Positions 49,366-58,571 of a stretch of DNA of 64,000 nt are shown in pieces. How positions within the stretch are numbered: position 1 is the first letter of the stretch; each line of letters starts with the position of its first letter. The DNA is taken from IMG/VR virus record IMGVR_UViG_3300020477_000990, positions 186,001 to 250,000 of that record; one strand, 5' to 3'. The notes under the pieces were generated by a model. The model was not told where the DNA came from, searched no databases, and was given only the letters and a program-made list of their open reading frames with translations. The translations under genes and the position numbers were made by a program.

Positions 49366-49841
49366 TGATTAACTGGTATGGTTTAGTTTCAAGTAATTTA
49401 GGAAAGTTACCAGAATGTATTGAATACTATTTAAAACAATTAGAAGAGGCTAGAGTTGAAGCAGGATTAGTAGGTAATATTGAACGTAATGCTTCACAAA
49501 TACCTGGAGTTGTTGAACATAGATTTAATCAATTACAGGAAATTGAAGCCATACTAGAGCATCTTAATATTGAATTAAGAAAAATAAGAGCAAGACATTA
49601 TAAGAAATTTTTAGAAGCATATCAAAGAGCTTTAACATCAAGAGATGCTGAAAAATATATTGATGGTGAAGATGAAGTAGTTACAATGAGTAGATTAATA
49701 AACGAGTTTGCACTTGTTCGTAACAAGTATCTAGGATTATTAAAAGCCATAGATGCAAAACAATTTCAAATTAACAATATTGTAAAATTAAGAGTAGCGG
49801 GGTTAGATGATGCGGAACTCTACAGCAAAAACAGGCACTAA
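49365..49841 (+). CDS. uvsY: Recombination mediator
   Basis: 'LTSRDAEKYIDGEDEV', 'K..FQINNI.KLR'; next to uvsX. Confidence 0.75.
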   Translation: MINWYGLVSSNLGKLPECIEYYLKQLEEARVEAGLVGNIERNASQIPGVVEHRFNQLQEIEAILEHLNIELRKIRARHYKKFLEAYQRALTSRDAEKYIDGEDEVVTMSRLINEFALVRNKYLGLLKAIDAKQFQINNIVKLRVAGLDDAELYSKNRH

Positions 49842-50022
49842 AGGTTGGAAAAACCACGAAGACGATCCTATGGAACAAATGCGTAGGTCACTTTTAGCTA
49901 AAGAAGATATCATACAAGGTCTTAAAAGACAAATAAAAGAAGAAGTAAAAGAGAAGTATTCTTTATATCATAGAATTATGGAATTGAATACTGAAATTGA
50001 AAAACTTAAGAGTAGTCTTTAA
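49807..50022 (+). CDS. Small coiled-coil hypothetical protein
   Basis: 71 aa, codon-like composition. Confidence 0.5.
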   Translation: MMRNSTAKTGTKGWKNHEDDPMEQMRRSLLAKEDIIQGLKRQIKEEVKEKYSLYHRIMELNTEIEKLKSSL

Positions 50023-50218
50023 GTGGACCACCATAGTGTACTGAACGTACTTTTTTACCCCTTAAAGATTTTCCTTTGTATTTTTTATCGGTTTCTCTAG
50101 CACGATGACCCTGTGCTTTACAACTAGATTCATCAGAAGCACCCAATTTTTTGTTACTTCTGCATACAGAACCGGGTACTGCACCCTTCCATTCACCAAT
50201 AATATCAATAACTTTCAT
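50006..50218 (-). CDS. Small basic late protein (possible head-internal)
   Basis: Start moved to ATG 50218 (TAAATA-5-ATG, 50224-50229); MKVIDIIGE N-terminus. Confidence 0.6.
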   Translation of the reverse strand: MKVIDIIGEWKGAVPGSVCRSNKKLGASDESSCKAQGHRARETDKKYKGKSLRGKKVRSVHYGGPLKDYS

Positions 50219-50242
50219 ACATTTATTTATGCTAAATTCCAG

Positions 50243-50270
50243 TTGACAAAGCAACTAAATATGTTATAGT
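50243..50270 (+). promoter_or_regulatory. sigma70-like promoter, leaderless
   Basis: TTGACA-16-TATAGT with TGn, 5 nt to ATG 50276. Confidence 0.7.
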
Positions 50271-50275
50271 AAGAT

Positions 50276-50890
50276 ATGCGATTAATAACAGTTATATTAA
50301 TAGTTGTAATAACTCTATTACCAAGTACTACAGTTGGTAATGGTATTAAAAAAGTAGACGTATTTTCAGTACAAAATAATGAAGATTTTGTGCTAAAAAT
50401 ATTTTCTTGTGTAAAAACCCTATATACAGAATTTCCGGAAAAATATCCATTAGAAAAACAAATACCATTTGATTTAATTGTAGCTATGGCGGCATATGAG
50501 TCAGCTTGGGGTAAAAGTAGATTTGCATTTGAAGGTAATAATTTATTTGGTATTAGGACTTGGGATCCATTAATTCCTCAAATGAAAGCTAAACAGAAAC
50601 CAAATGCTCCATGGGGAGTAAGAAAATATGAAACATATTGTACTTGTATAGTAGATTATATTCAAATTTTAAATAATCATCCTGCATATGAAGAATTTAG
50701 AACAGAAAGATCAATTGAGCTTGAAACATACGGATATACAAATGCAACTAATTTAGCACAATTCCTTGTAGCTTGGTCTGAACTTGGTGACCAATATACA
50801 AATAGATTAAGAGAAATTATTGTTTTAATTCATAAGCAAGGATATTATCAAGGTCTACCGGTTGATAATAAAGGCCGGATTATTAAATAA
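50276..50890 (+). CDS. Glucosaminidase (GH73/Bax-like) peptidoglycan hydrolase with N-terminal signal/anchor
   Basis: 'AAYESAWGKSRFA..GNNLFGI', 'LN.HPAY..FR'; hydrophobic N-terminus. Confidence 0.8.
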   Translation: MRLITVILIVVITLLPSTTVGNGIKKVDVFSVQNNEDFVLKIFSCVKTLYTEFPEKYPLEKQIPFDLIVAMAAYESAWGKSRFAFEGNNLFGIRTWDPLIPQMKAKQKPNAPWGVRKYETYCTCIVDYIQILNNHPAYEEFRTERSIELETYGYTNATNLAQFLVAWSELGDQYTNRLREIIVLIHKQGYYQGLPVDNKGRIIK

Positions 50891-50891
50891 G

Positions 50892-50920
50892 TTGCAATTC
50901 AATATTAAATCAGTTATTAT
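50892..50920 (+). promoter_or_regulatory. sigma70-like promoter, leaderless
   Basis: TTGCAA-17-TATTAT-6-ATG. Confidence 0.6.
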
Positions 50921-50926
50921 ATAATT

Positions 50927-52381
50927 ATGTCTAAAGTTACGAAATTAATTATTAAAGATGAAGTGAATGTAAGATTTGAAGGCCTAGATGTTATAACTAG
51001 ACGTAAAATTTCTGATAAGCTAAAATTCTTTTTACCGTATGCATATCATTTACCTGCTTATAAGTTAGGAAGATGGGATGGTAATATACGATTTTGTGAT
51101 ATTGGAGGAAGAACATATTTAAATTTACTTGATAAAATTTTACCAATAATTGAAGATCAAGAGTATGATGTGCAAATTGAAGATAATAGACAGCCACATG
51201 ATTTTCAATTTCAGTTAATAGATGAAAGTTTACATTTTAGTAAAAATTGGGGAGCAAAACATCCATTGGCAGGACAGCCAATTGTTTTAAGAGATTATCA
51301 AGTAAAAGCAATTAATAAATTTTTACAAGAGCCACAATGTTTACAAGAAATTGCCACAGGTGCAGGAAAAACATTAATTACAGCAACGTTATCTCAATTA
51401 GTGCAACCATATGGAAGATCAATTGTAATTGTTCCAAATAAATCATTAGTATCGCAAACAGAAGAAGATTATAAAACACTTGGATTAGATGTTGGTGTTT
51501 ATTATGGTGAAAGAAAAGAATTTGATAAAAAACATACAATTTGTACTTGGCAAAGTCTTAATGTATTATTAAAGAAAACAAAAAAATATGAAGCTGAAGT
51601 ATCTATAGGAGATTTTTTGCAAGATGTTGTATGTGTTATGGTTGATGAAGTACATCAGGCTAAAGCAGATGTTCTTAAAACATTATTAACAGGACCTTTT
51701 GCTAATGTTCCAATACGTTGGGGACTTACAGGTACAATACCTAAAGAAGATTATGAAATGGCATCATTAAAAGCAAGTTTAGGTGAAGTTATTAGTAAAC
51801 TATCAGCAAGTGAATTACAAGAAAAAGGTGTATTAGCAAAATGTCATGTAAATATTATTCAAACACAAGATACTCAAGCATTTACAAATTATGCAAATGA
51901 GCAAACACATTTAGTTACTAATCATGAACGTTTAGAATTTATTTCAGATTTAATTGATAAAATTAGAGCAGAAGGAAATACATTAATTTTAGTTGATAGA
52001 ATTAAATCAGGACAGTTGCTAGAAGAATTAGTTGTTGGATCGGTATTTGTTCAAGGTAGAACAAAGATGGAAGATAGAGAAGAAGAATATGATAGTATTG
52101 CAACAGAGCAACATAAAGTTATTATTGCTACATATGGTGTAGCGGCAGTAGGAATTAATTTACCAAGAATATTTAATTTGGTATTATTAGAACCAGGTAA
52201 ATCTTTTGTAAGGGTTATACAGTCAATTGGTAGAGGTATACGTAAAGCAGAAGATAAAGATCATGTAGAAATATGGGATATAACGTCGACGTGTAAGTTT
52301 TCAAAACGACATTTGACTACAAGAAAGAAATTTTATAAAGAAGCAAATTATCCTTTTACAATAGAAAAGGTAACAATATGA
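50927..52381 (+). CDS. uvsW: SF2 DNA helicase
   Basis: 'LRDYQ', ATGAGKT, DEVH, 'GLTGT', 'QSIGRG.R'. Confidence 0.92.
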   Translation: MSKVTKLIIKDEVNVRFEGLDVITRRKISDKLKFFLPYAYHLPAYKLGRWDGNIRFCDIGGRTYLNLLDKILPIIEDQEYDVQIEDNRQPHDFQFQLIDESLHFSKNWGAKHPLAGQPIVLRDYQVKAINKFLQEPQCLQEIATGAGKTLITATLSQLVQPYGRSIVIVPNKSLVSQTEEDYKTLGLDVGVYYGERKEFDKKHTICTWQSLNVLLKKTKKYEAEVSIGDFLQDVVCVMVDEVHQAKADVLKTLLTGPFANVPIRWGLTGTIPKEDYEMASLKASLGEVISKLSASELQEKGVLAKCHVNIIQTQDTQAFTNYANEQTHLVTNHERLEFISDLIDKIRAEGNTLILVDRIKSGQLLEELVVGSVFVQGRTKMEDREEEYDSIATEQHKVIIATYGVAAVGINLPRIFNLVLLEPGKSFVRVIQSIGRGIRKAEDKDHVEIWDITSTCKFSKRHLTTRKKFYKEANYPFTIEKVTI

Positions 52382-52878
52382 ACATATTAACAGTTGATAA
52401 CGTAACTTACGATTTAAATGCAGTTCCAAATGAAGTTGATGATTTACAATATTGTGTTTTAGATTGTGGAAATCCAAAATCATTGGATTATTTTTTTATA
52501 CCATTAATATTTTTAGAATCCTTTAATGCTCCAGCAGTAATATTAGACATTGGAGGACAACAAATAGAAATGCCAATGGATTGGAGTATATTAATTGGAG
52601 AAAAAGAAATGGGTATATGTGAAATGGTTCCATTAACAAGTTTAAATGATAGAGGATTTGAAGCATTTGTACATAATCCATTTTCAGGCTATACACACGA
52701 GTTTAAAGAAGTTAAAATAGTAAATGTATTTCAAGAAGTTAAATGGTATTTTCCAAAACTTAAAAATGGTCATATATTAACAGCACCGTTATATGCAGGA
52801 ACTAAACCGTCATGTGTATTTTTTGCTAAAGAATTAAACCAAATACCAGATACTATACAAGTAGGAGATTTAATATAA
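52378..52878 (+). CDS. Hypothetical beta-rich protein
   Basis: 166 aa, coupled to uvsW. Confidence 0.65.
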   Translation: MNILTVDNVTYDLNAVPNEVDDLQYCVLDCGNPKSLDYFFIPLIFLESFNAPAVILDIGGQQIEMPMDWSILIGEKEMGICEMVPLTSLNDRGFEAFVHNPFSGYTHEFKEVKIVNVFQEVKWYFPKLKNGHILTAPLYAGTKPSCVFFAKELNQIPDTIQVGDLI

Positions 52879-53357
52879 TGAGTGATAAAAAAATTAATTT
52901 AAATCAAATGTTATATAATATTGATATGGCAAATTCTAATTGGTATAATACATTAGAAGATGAAGAAAAGAAAACATTTTCTCCATATACAGCAATGAGA
53001 TTTACTAGCAATGTACAAGGTCAGAAAGCATTTAAAGAGCATTATATTTTAGCTATAAATGATTTTGCTAATAAGCATTTTGGTGTAACGCAAAAGCATC
53101 AAGGAGATTCTACAATGTTTTGGAAATTATTATCACTAGCTGGTATTAAAAAGAAAATGTTTCATCCATGGGTTAAAGCACCAAAAGGAAAAGGTAAAAA
53201 AAACGTAGTTGATAAACTATTATATGAGTGTTATCCAAATGCAAAACGTGATGAAATAGAAGTTTTAAGACAAATTAATAATAAAGATAGTTTAAAAAAG
53301 TTAGCACAAGAGCATGGTTGGACAGATAAGGAAATTAAAGAGCTTGGTAAAAAATAA
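52878..53357 (+). CDS. Clamp-loader small subunit (gp62)-like
   Basis: 'F.PY...R', 'KK.FHPWVK.PK' pattern. Confidence 0.5.
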   Translation: MSDKKINLNQMLYNIDMANSNWYNTLEDEEKKTFSPYTAMRFTSNVQGQKAFKEHYILAINDFANKHFGVTQKHQGDSTMFWKLLSLAGIKKKMFHPWVKAPKGKGKKNVVDKLLYECYPNAKRDEIEVLRQINNKDSLKKLAQEHGWTDKEIKELGKK

Positions 53358-54031
53358 TGTTTAAATGTAAGTATTGTGAATCAGAATTTACTAAAGAACA
53401 AACGTTATCAATTCATATGTGTGAGCCAAAAAGGCGATGGAAACAACAAGATGATCGATTTGTTCAGTTGGCATTTAGAGCTTATCAACATTTTTATAAA
53501 CAAACAATGACTCAAGCAGTAAAAGAAAGAACATATGAAGATTTTTCTAAAAGTAGATATTATACGGCATTTACAAAATTTGGAAGATATTTAGTAGATG
53601 TAAATGTTATAGACCCAACTGATTATGTAAATTATTTAATTAAGAATACAGTTAATATTGATAAATGGCATTTGGATTCTATATATGAACAATATGTTAA
53701 AGATCATGGTAAAAAAGAAGAAGCAAAAAATGCCATAGAACGTGGAATAATAGTTATGAAACGTTGGGAAGATGAAACAGGAGAACCTTGGTATATGTTT
53801 TTAGAAAATATAACACCAAACAGGGCAGTTCATTATATTAGATGTGGAAAAATATCACCTTGGATCTTGTATAATTCCAAAAGTGGTGTTAAACTATTAC
53901 AGTCATTAAATGAAGAACAGGTATCATTAGTAAATGATTACATTGATCCTGATTTTTGGACAGCAAAATTTCAGATGGCAAATAATGATGTTAAGTTTGT
54001 AACTGAAGTATTAGAAAAGGCGGGTATATGA
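53357..54031 (+). CDS. Hypothetical protein with N-terminal zinc finger
   Basis: CKYC-x12-H-x-C. Confidence 0.65.
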   Translation: MFKCKYCESEFTKEQTLSIHMCEPKRRWKQQDDRFVQLAFRAYQHFYKQTMTQAVKERTYEDFSKSRYYTAFTKFGRYLVDVNVIDPTDYVNYLIKNTVNIDKWHLDSIYEQYVKDHGKKEEAKNAIERGIIVMKRWEDETGEPWYMFLENITPNRAVHYIRCGKISPWILYNSKSGVKLLQSLNEEQVSLVNDYIDPDFWTAKFQMANNDVKFVTEVLEKAGI

Positions 54032-54579
54032 GTGAAAAAGATAATATGAAAAAATATCATGGCACACCAGAAATAGTTGCCAAAATAGCAGAAGAAAGTG
54101 ATCATCCATCTGTACGTGAAAAATGGGACGAGCTTAATACATTAGTACATTTGGTGCATAAAGAAAAAGTTATAAAGAAAAAACAAGAAGCATCTGACTT
54201 ATCAAAAACTTGGGATGAAATTGAACATAGAATGAGATTAGTTAAGAATGCAACTAAAGGTTCAGGTATTGATTATGAAGGATACGATGTTGATAAAGGT
54301 TTTTTAGATGGGTATAATCCAAATGTAACGTATTCGTTTGGTAATGATGATGGGACGTATGAATGGCCTGACCCGTCAACACAAATGACTTTAGACTTTC
54401 CTGGAGTAGATATGCAACCAACGGCATCAAGTGCTGTTAATGTAGAAACAGTTGCAGTATCGTTTCCAAAAGAAAAACCACTTAAACTTGATGAAATGGA
54501 AAAACATATTGAAGAAAATACATTGTCATCACCGTTATCAGAATATGAAGCAATTGAAAAATTAAGTAAAGATGATTAA
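54028..54579 (+). CDS. Hypothetical, largely disordered protein with QMTLDF motif
   Basis: Acidic low-complexity C-half; overlaps mini-DnaE start. Confidence 0.55.
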   Translation: MSEKDNMKKYHGTPEIVAKIAEESDHPSVREKWDELNTLVHLVHKEKVIKKKQEASDLSKTWDEIEHRMRLVKNATKGSGIDYEGYDVDKGFLDGYNPNVTYSFGNDDGTYEWPDPSTQMTLDFPGVDMQPTASSAVNVETVAVSFPKEKPLKLDEMEKHIEENTLSSPLSEYEAIEKLSKDD

Positions 54580-55144
54580 AACAGACGTAGATATTGATGT
54601 AAAAGATAGAGATAAAGTTTTAGAAAAGCTAAAACATATACCAGCAAGTATTATACAAAATGGTGAAATTAAAAAGCATAATACTGGAGTATACTTTACT
54701 GACATACCTACACATCCGTTTACTAATTCAGCAAATATAGATTACAAGGAAGCAGAAGACAGAGGTTATTTTAAATTAGATTTTTTAAATGTAGGTGTTT
54801 ATGAAAAAGTAAAAGACGAAAAGCATTTAATTGAATTAATTAATCAAGAACCAAATTGGTCGTTATTAGACCATAAAGAAATTGTAGAGGGGTTATTTCA
54901 TATTCATAATCATTTTGATATTGTTAGTAAATTAAAACCAAAGTCAGTTGAAGAATTGGCGGCAGTTTTGGCAATAATAAGACCAGCTAAGAGACATTTG
55001 CTTAATGTTAGCTGGCCAGAAATTCATTCCAAAGTTTGGGTAAAGCCAGAGGATAACACATATTACTTTAAGAAAAGTCATGCTGTAGGATATGCGTTAG
55101 CCATTTGCGTACAATTAAATCTATTATCTAATGCTATTGTTTAA
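54572..55144 (+). CDS. Miniature DNA polymerase III alpha (DnaE)-like protein
   Basis: DVDID, KHNTGVYF, GYFKLDFLN, FKKSHAVGYA match successive DnaE motifs. Confidence 0.8.
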   Translation: MIKTDVDIDVKDRDKVLEKLKHIPASIIQNGEIKKHNTGVYFTDIPTHPFTNSANIDYKEAEDRGYFKLDFLNVGVYEKVKDEKHLIELINQEPNWSLLDHKEIVEGLFHIHNHFDIVSKLKPKSVEELAAVLAIIRPAKRHLLNVSWPEIHSKVWVKPEDNTYYFKKSHAVGYALAICVQLNLLSNAIV

Positions 55145-55512
55145 TCGTCAGTCTTTTTCACTAATTGAATTTGACGCCTTTTAATACGTTTTCTTATAAT
55201 ATTGTTTAAGCTAGTTACAGGGCCAAATACTAATTTAACATCTTTAGTAGTAAATGTTTTTAAGCAGTTTCCAAATTTAGTAAAATCACCAGCTAAAAAT
55301 ATATTAATAGGAATTACACGGTTTGATTCCCACCACCATACATCACCTAGACGTAAAAATTCACGTTTTTGATCTTCATTATCTAGCACATCATACACGT
55401 ACATACTGGTAACAAAATCATCTTGATTTTGCATAATGCCAACATATTCGTTAGTACCATGCTTTATGCATGATAAGAAAGGAAATTTATCTGTAAGTTC
55501 GTTATAATCCAT
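55141..55512 (-). CDS. Hypothetical protein
   Basis: 123 aa with own promoter. Confidence 0.7.
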   Translation of the reverse strand: MDYNELTDKFPFLSCIKHGTNEYVGIMQNQDDFVTSMYVYDVLDNEDQKREFLRLGDVWWWESNRVIPINIFLAGDFTKFGNCLKTFTTKDVKLVFGPVTSLNNIIRKRIKRRQIQLVKKTDD

Positions 55513-55518
55513 CGCTAT

Positions 55519-55547
55519 ATTATACTTGCTTTAATTTTATTTAGCAA
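55519..55547 (-). promoter_or_regulatory. sigma70-like promoter, leaderless
   Basis: TTGCTA-17-TATAAT-6-ATG. Confidence 0.7.
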
Positions 55548-55581
55548 CATAAATATACATATAATTTGAAGGAAATTTACT

Positions 55582-56373
55582 ATGTCAATAAATGTATATG
55601 TATATAATAATACCCATACAGTTATAGTAAATACAAGTACAAATCAAGGTAGTGTAACTATGTACGATAAAACTATAAAACTATATCAAGGTATTGATAA
55701 TACAGTAAAGTTTGAGTTAAAAGATAATGACAGAGCACCTGTTAATTTAACCAATATGACTGTAACTATGAATATTCTTGATACTAAAAGCAACGAAACA
55801 TCAATCACACGAGCTTTAGAAATAACAAACGCAACTTCAGGGTTAGCATCATTGAATTTAACTAGTGCTGATTTAGACAATTTAGCTTCTGGATTTTATA
55901 ATTATAGTCTATATACTACAGATGCTAATAGTGAACAACAAATAGTATATACAGACTTAAATCAAGCGGCAAAAGGTACAGTTGAAATTATTGAAGGTGT
56001 AGTACCAAATCCAGCAACAACATTTACAATGGAATGGAATCCTGGTACAAATGATGGAACTTGGTATTATTCAAATGCAGTTTCAGGAGCATCAGAACGT
56101 AATTTAACATCAAGTAATCATACTATTGCAGTTTATACATCATCATTTGATGGTAAATTTAAAATGCAAGGTTGTTTGGCAGACACGGCTAGTACTGTTA
56201 ATACTGATTGGTTTGATATTCCATTAACAACTGGAACAACTGAAGTAACATTAACTAATTCAGATTCACTTGCACCATATAGATTTATAAGTCAAGCACG
56301 TTGGATTAGATCAGCATATGATCCAGATGCCGGTAACGCAGGAACTTTTACTAAAGTACTAATGAGGAACTAA
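55582..56373 (+). CDS. Virion structural protein (BppU-N-like Ig-type fold)
   Basis: 'LYQGIDNTVKF...D.D..PVNLT', 'G.A.L.LT..DL....G.Y.Y'; T/N-rich; TAAATA upstream. Confidence 0.55.
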   Translation: MSINVYVYNNTHTVIVNTSTNQGSVTMYDKTIKLYQGIDNTVKFELKDNDRAPVNLTNMTVTMNILDTKSNETSITRALEITNATSGLASLNLTSADLDNLASGFYNYSLYTTDANSEQQIVYTDLNQAAKGTVEIIEGVVPNPATTFTMEWNPGTNDGTWYYSNAVSGASERNLTSSNHTIAVYTSSFDGKFKMQGCLADTASTVNTDWFDIPLTTGTTEVTLTNSDSLAPYRFISQARWIRSAYDPDAGNAGTFTKVLMRN

Positions 56374-56375
56374 GA

Positions 56376-57533
56376 ATGGTTAATAGACCATTTTTAAAAA
56401 TAGAAGAAATCAAAAGAGCTGATTTTGAAAGAGTTATTCATGCGACTCAAGAAGATTCAAATTTCAGTTGCTATATTGCAATTCATACTTTAAAAAATGG
56501 TCCAGCTTTTGGCGGCATAAGATTTTGGAAGTATAAAGATTCACAAACACCATATAAAGATGTTTTAAATTTATCAAGAGCAATGACAACTAAATGTGCA
56601 ATTGCTGGAATACAGTTAAGTGGTGGAAAAACAGTTATTGAAGGAGTAGTTCATAGAGAAACAGGTAATCTTGGTGTTGAACCAAAACGAATATTAGGTT
56701 GGTTAGGCGACGCAATTAATTATTTAAAAGGTGATTATTATGCAGGGCTAGATGTTGGCTTTGATTTTGATATGTTAACAAAACTAAGATTACATACAGA
56801 ATATACTGCAACATATTCTGATCCAAATGTTGGTAGTTCATGTACTGCTTATAGTGTTTATAATTCTATGAAAGCCGCTGTTGAATATAAACTTGGTAAG
56901 CAATCACTTGAAGGTGTTAAAGTAGGTATTAAAGGTTTAGGAAAAGTTGGTTTTCAGTTAGCAAATTATTTGTGTGATGATGGTGCTAAATTATATTTTT
57001 CAGAAGTAGATCAAGATAAATTTAATCAGTTTAAAAATGAATCATTACCACCTAGGTGGGTATATAAAGTTGTACCAACATATAATTTGCATAGAGAAGA
57101 TCTTGATGTTTATTCTCCATGTGCATTAGGTAATGATATAAAATTGCATATGGCTGAAGAAATGAATTGTAAAATTATTTGTGGAGCCGCAAATAATCAA
57201 ATTGATTTATCTGAACCAGATAGAACAATAGAAGCATTAACTAAAAAAGATATATTATATATACCAGATAATTTGGCCAATGTTGGCGGGGTATTTAGAT
57301 CTGCTGGAACAATATTAAAATCAAGAGATGAAGAAGAATCATTTAAATTAATAGGAACATCATATCCAAGAACATTGCATATATTAAAAATAGCAGAAAA
57401 TTATAAAGTTACACCTAATGAAATTTGTAAAGAAATGGGTCTAGCGGCATCAGGAGAAGGTCAAAATAGGTTTAAACTTAATGTTGGTGGCCTTGGTGAT
57501 GTTTTTGAAGGCAATAATACCTATAATTATTAA
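56376..57533 (+). CDS. Glu/Leu/Phe/Val dehydrogenase (leucine dehydrogenase-like)
   Basis: 'GPAFGGIR', 'MTTK...AG...GGKTV', 'DVG', GLGKVG, 'SPCALG', 'GAANNQ', 'N.GG'. Confidence 0.9.
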   Translation: MVNRPFLKIEEIKRADFERVIHATQEDSNFSCYIAIHTLKNGPAFGGIRFWKYKDSQTPYKDVLNLSRAMTTKCAIAGIQLSGGKTVIEGVVHRETGNLGVEPKRILGWLGDAINYLKGDYYAGLDVGFDFDMLTKLRLHTEYTATYSDPNVGSSCTAYSVYNSMKAAVEYKLGKQSLEGVKVGIKGLGKVGFQLANYLCDDGAKLYFSEVDQDKFNQFKNESLPPRWVYKVVPTYNLHREDLDVYSPCALGNDIKLHMAEEMNCKIICGAANNQIDLSEPDRTIEALTKKDILYIPDNLANVGGVFRSAGTILKSRDEEESFKLIGTSYPRTLHILKIAENYKVTPNEICKEMGLAASGEGQNRFKLNVGGLGDVFEGNNTYNY

Positions 57534-57562
57534 TTGACTTTTTGTTAATTTTCTTATATTAT
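57534..57562 (+). promoter_or_regulatory. sigma70-like promoter, leaderless
   Basis: TTGACT-17-TATTAT-6-ATG 57569. Confidence 0.7.
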
Positions 57563-57568
57563 ATAAGC

Positions 57569-58558
57569 ATGAATCTTCAAACAACAATATTAACACATTT
57601 ACGTGGAAAAAGAAAAATGACTCCAAGTGGGTGGACAACGGTTAATTGTCCAATGTGTGTGACTAACGGGCAACCAAGGCCAGACACTAGATCACGAGGA
57701 GGCTTCAGTTTTGTTGATGGAATGGTTTACCATTGCTTCAATTGTGGATTCAGTACTAGTTTTAAATCAGGTAGATTATTTGGTAAGAAACTAGTAGGAC
57801 TATTGCGTGGAATTGGTATACCTGATAATGAAGTTAAAAAACTTCAATTGTTAGCAATACGTGAAAAAGAAACTTTCACGCAAGAAGTCCATAAAGAAAA
57901 ACCAAAGGTATCGTGGAGAGAAATACAGTTACCAAAAGGATCTAAACCTTTAATCGAGATTATTAAAAATGATAATCCACCAGATGATGCTGTGTGGGTA
58001 TACAAGCACATTATTGATAGAGGTTTAGATCATTATGGTGATTTTTATTGGAGCAATGATACATATTTAGATTTGAACAGAAGGTTTATCGTACCGTTTT
58101 ATTATCAAGGTAGTACAGTTGGTTATACATCAAGAATTATTGATAATAATCCAGATAAGCCAAAATATTTTACAAATTCACAACCAAATTATATGTATAA
58201 TTTAGATGTATTAAGTAAAAAAAGAAAATATTTAATTGTTGTAGAAGGTGTACTAGATGCTTTAAGTATTGATGGATTAGCAGTATTACATAATAAACTA
58301 AACCAACAGCAAATAGATATTATAAATGAATTTGAAGGTGAAATTATAGTTTGTCCTGATAGAGATAGAGCAGGAACAACATTAATTGATCAAGCAGTTG
58401 AAAATAATTGGGCTGTCAGTTTTCCGCCATGGCATAAAAAAATAAAAGATTGTGCTGATGCTGTAAAAAATTATGGTCAATTGTTTACTATAAAAAGCAT
58501 CATAGAAAATCGAGTAAATAATAAAGTAAAGATTAATGTATTGAGAAAGATCGCATAG
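57569..58558 (+). CDS. DNA primase (gp61/DnaG-like)
   Basis: CPMC...HCFNC zinc domain; TOPRIM 'VVEGVLDAL', 'PDRDRAG'; start moved to 57569. Confidence 0.9.
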   Translation: MNLQTTILTHLRGKRKMTPSGWTTVNCPMCVTNGQPRPDTRSRGGFSFVDGMVYHCFNCGFSTSFKSGRLFGKKLVGLLRGIGIPDNEVKKLQLLAIREKETFTQEVHKEKPKVSWREIQLPKGSKPLIEIIKNDNPPDDAVWVYKHIIDRGLDHYGDFYWSNDTYLDLNRRFIVPFYYQGSTVGYTSRIIDNNPDKPKYFTNSQPNYMYNLDVLSKKRKYLIVVEGVLDALSIDGLAVLHNKLNQQQIDIINEFEGEIIVCPDRDRAGTTLIDQAVENNWAVSFPPWHKKIKDCADAVKNYGQLFTIKSIIENRVNNKVKINVLRKIA

Positions 58559-58571
58559 GAGAATAAAAAGA

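Noticed and set aside
52378-52878. Possible stand-alone Hint/intein domain after uvsW
   Set aside because: No N-terminal Cys/Ser or C-terminal His-Asn; resemblance limited to beta-rich composition.
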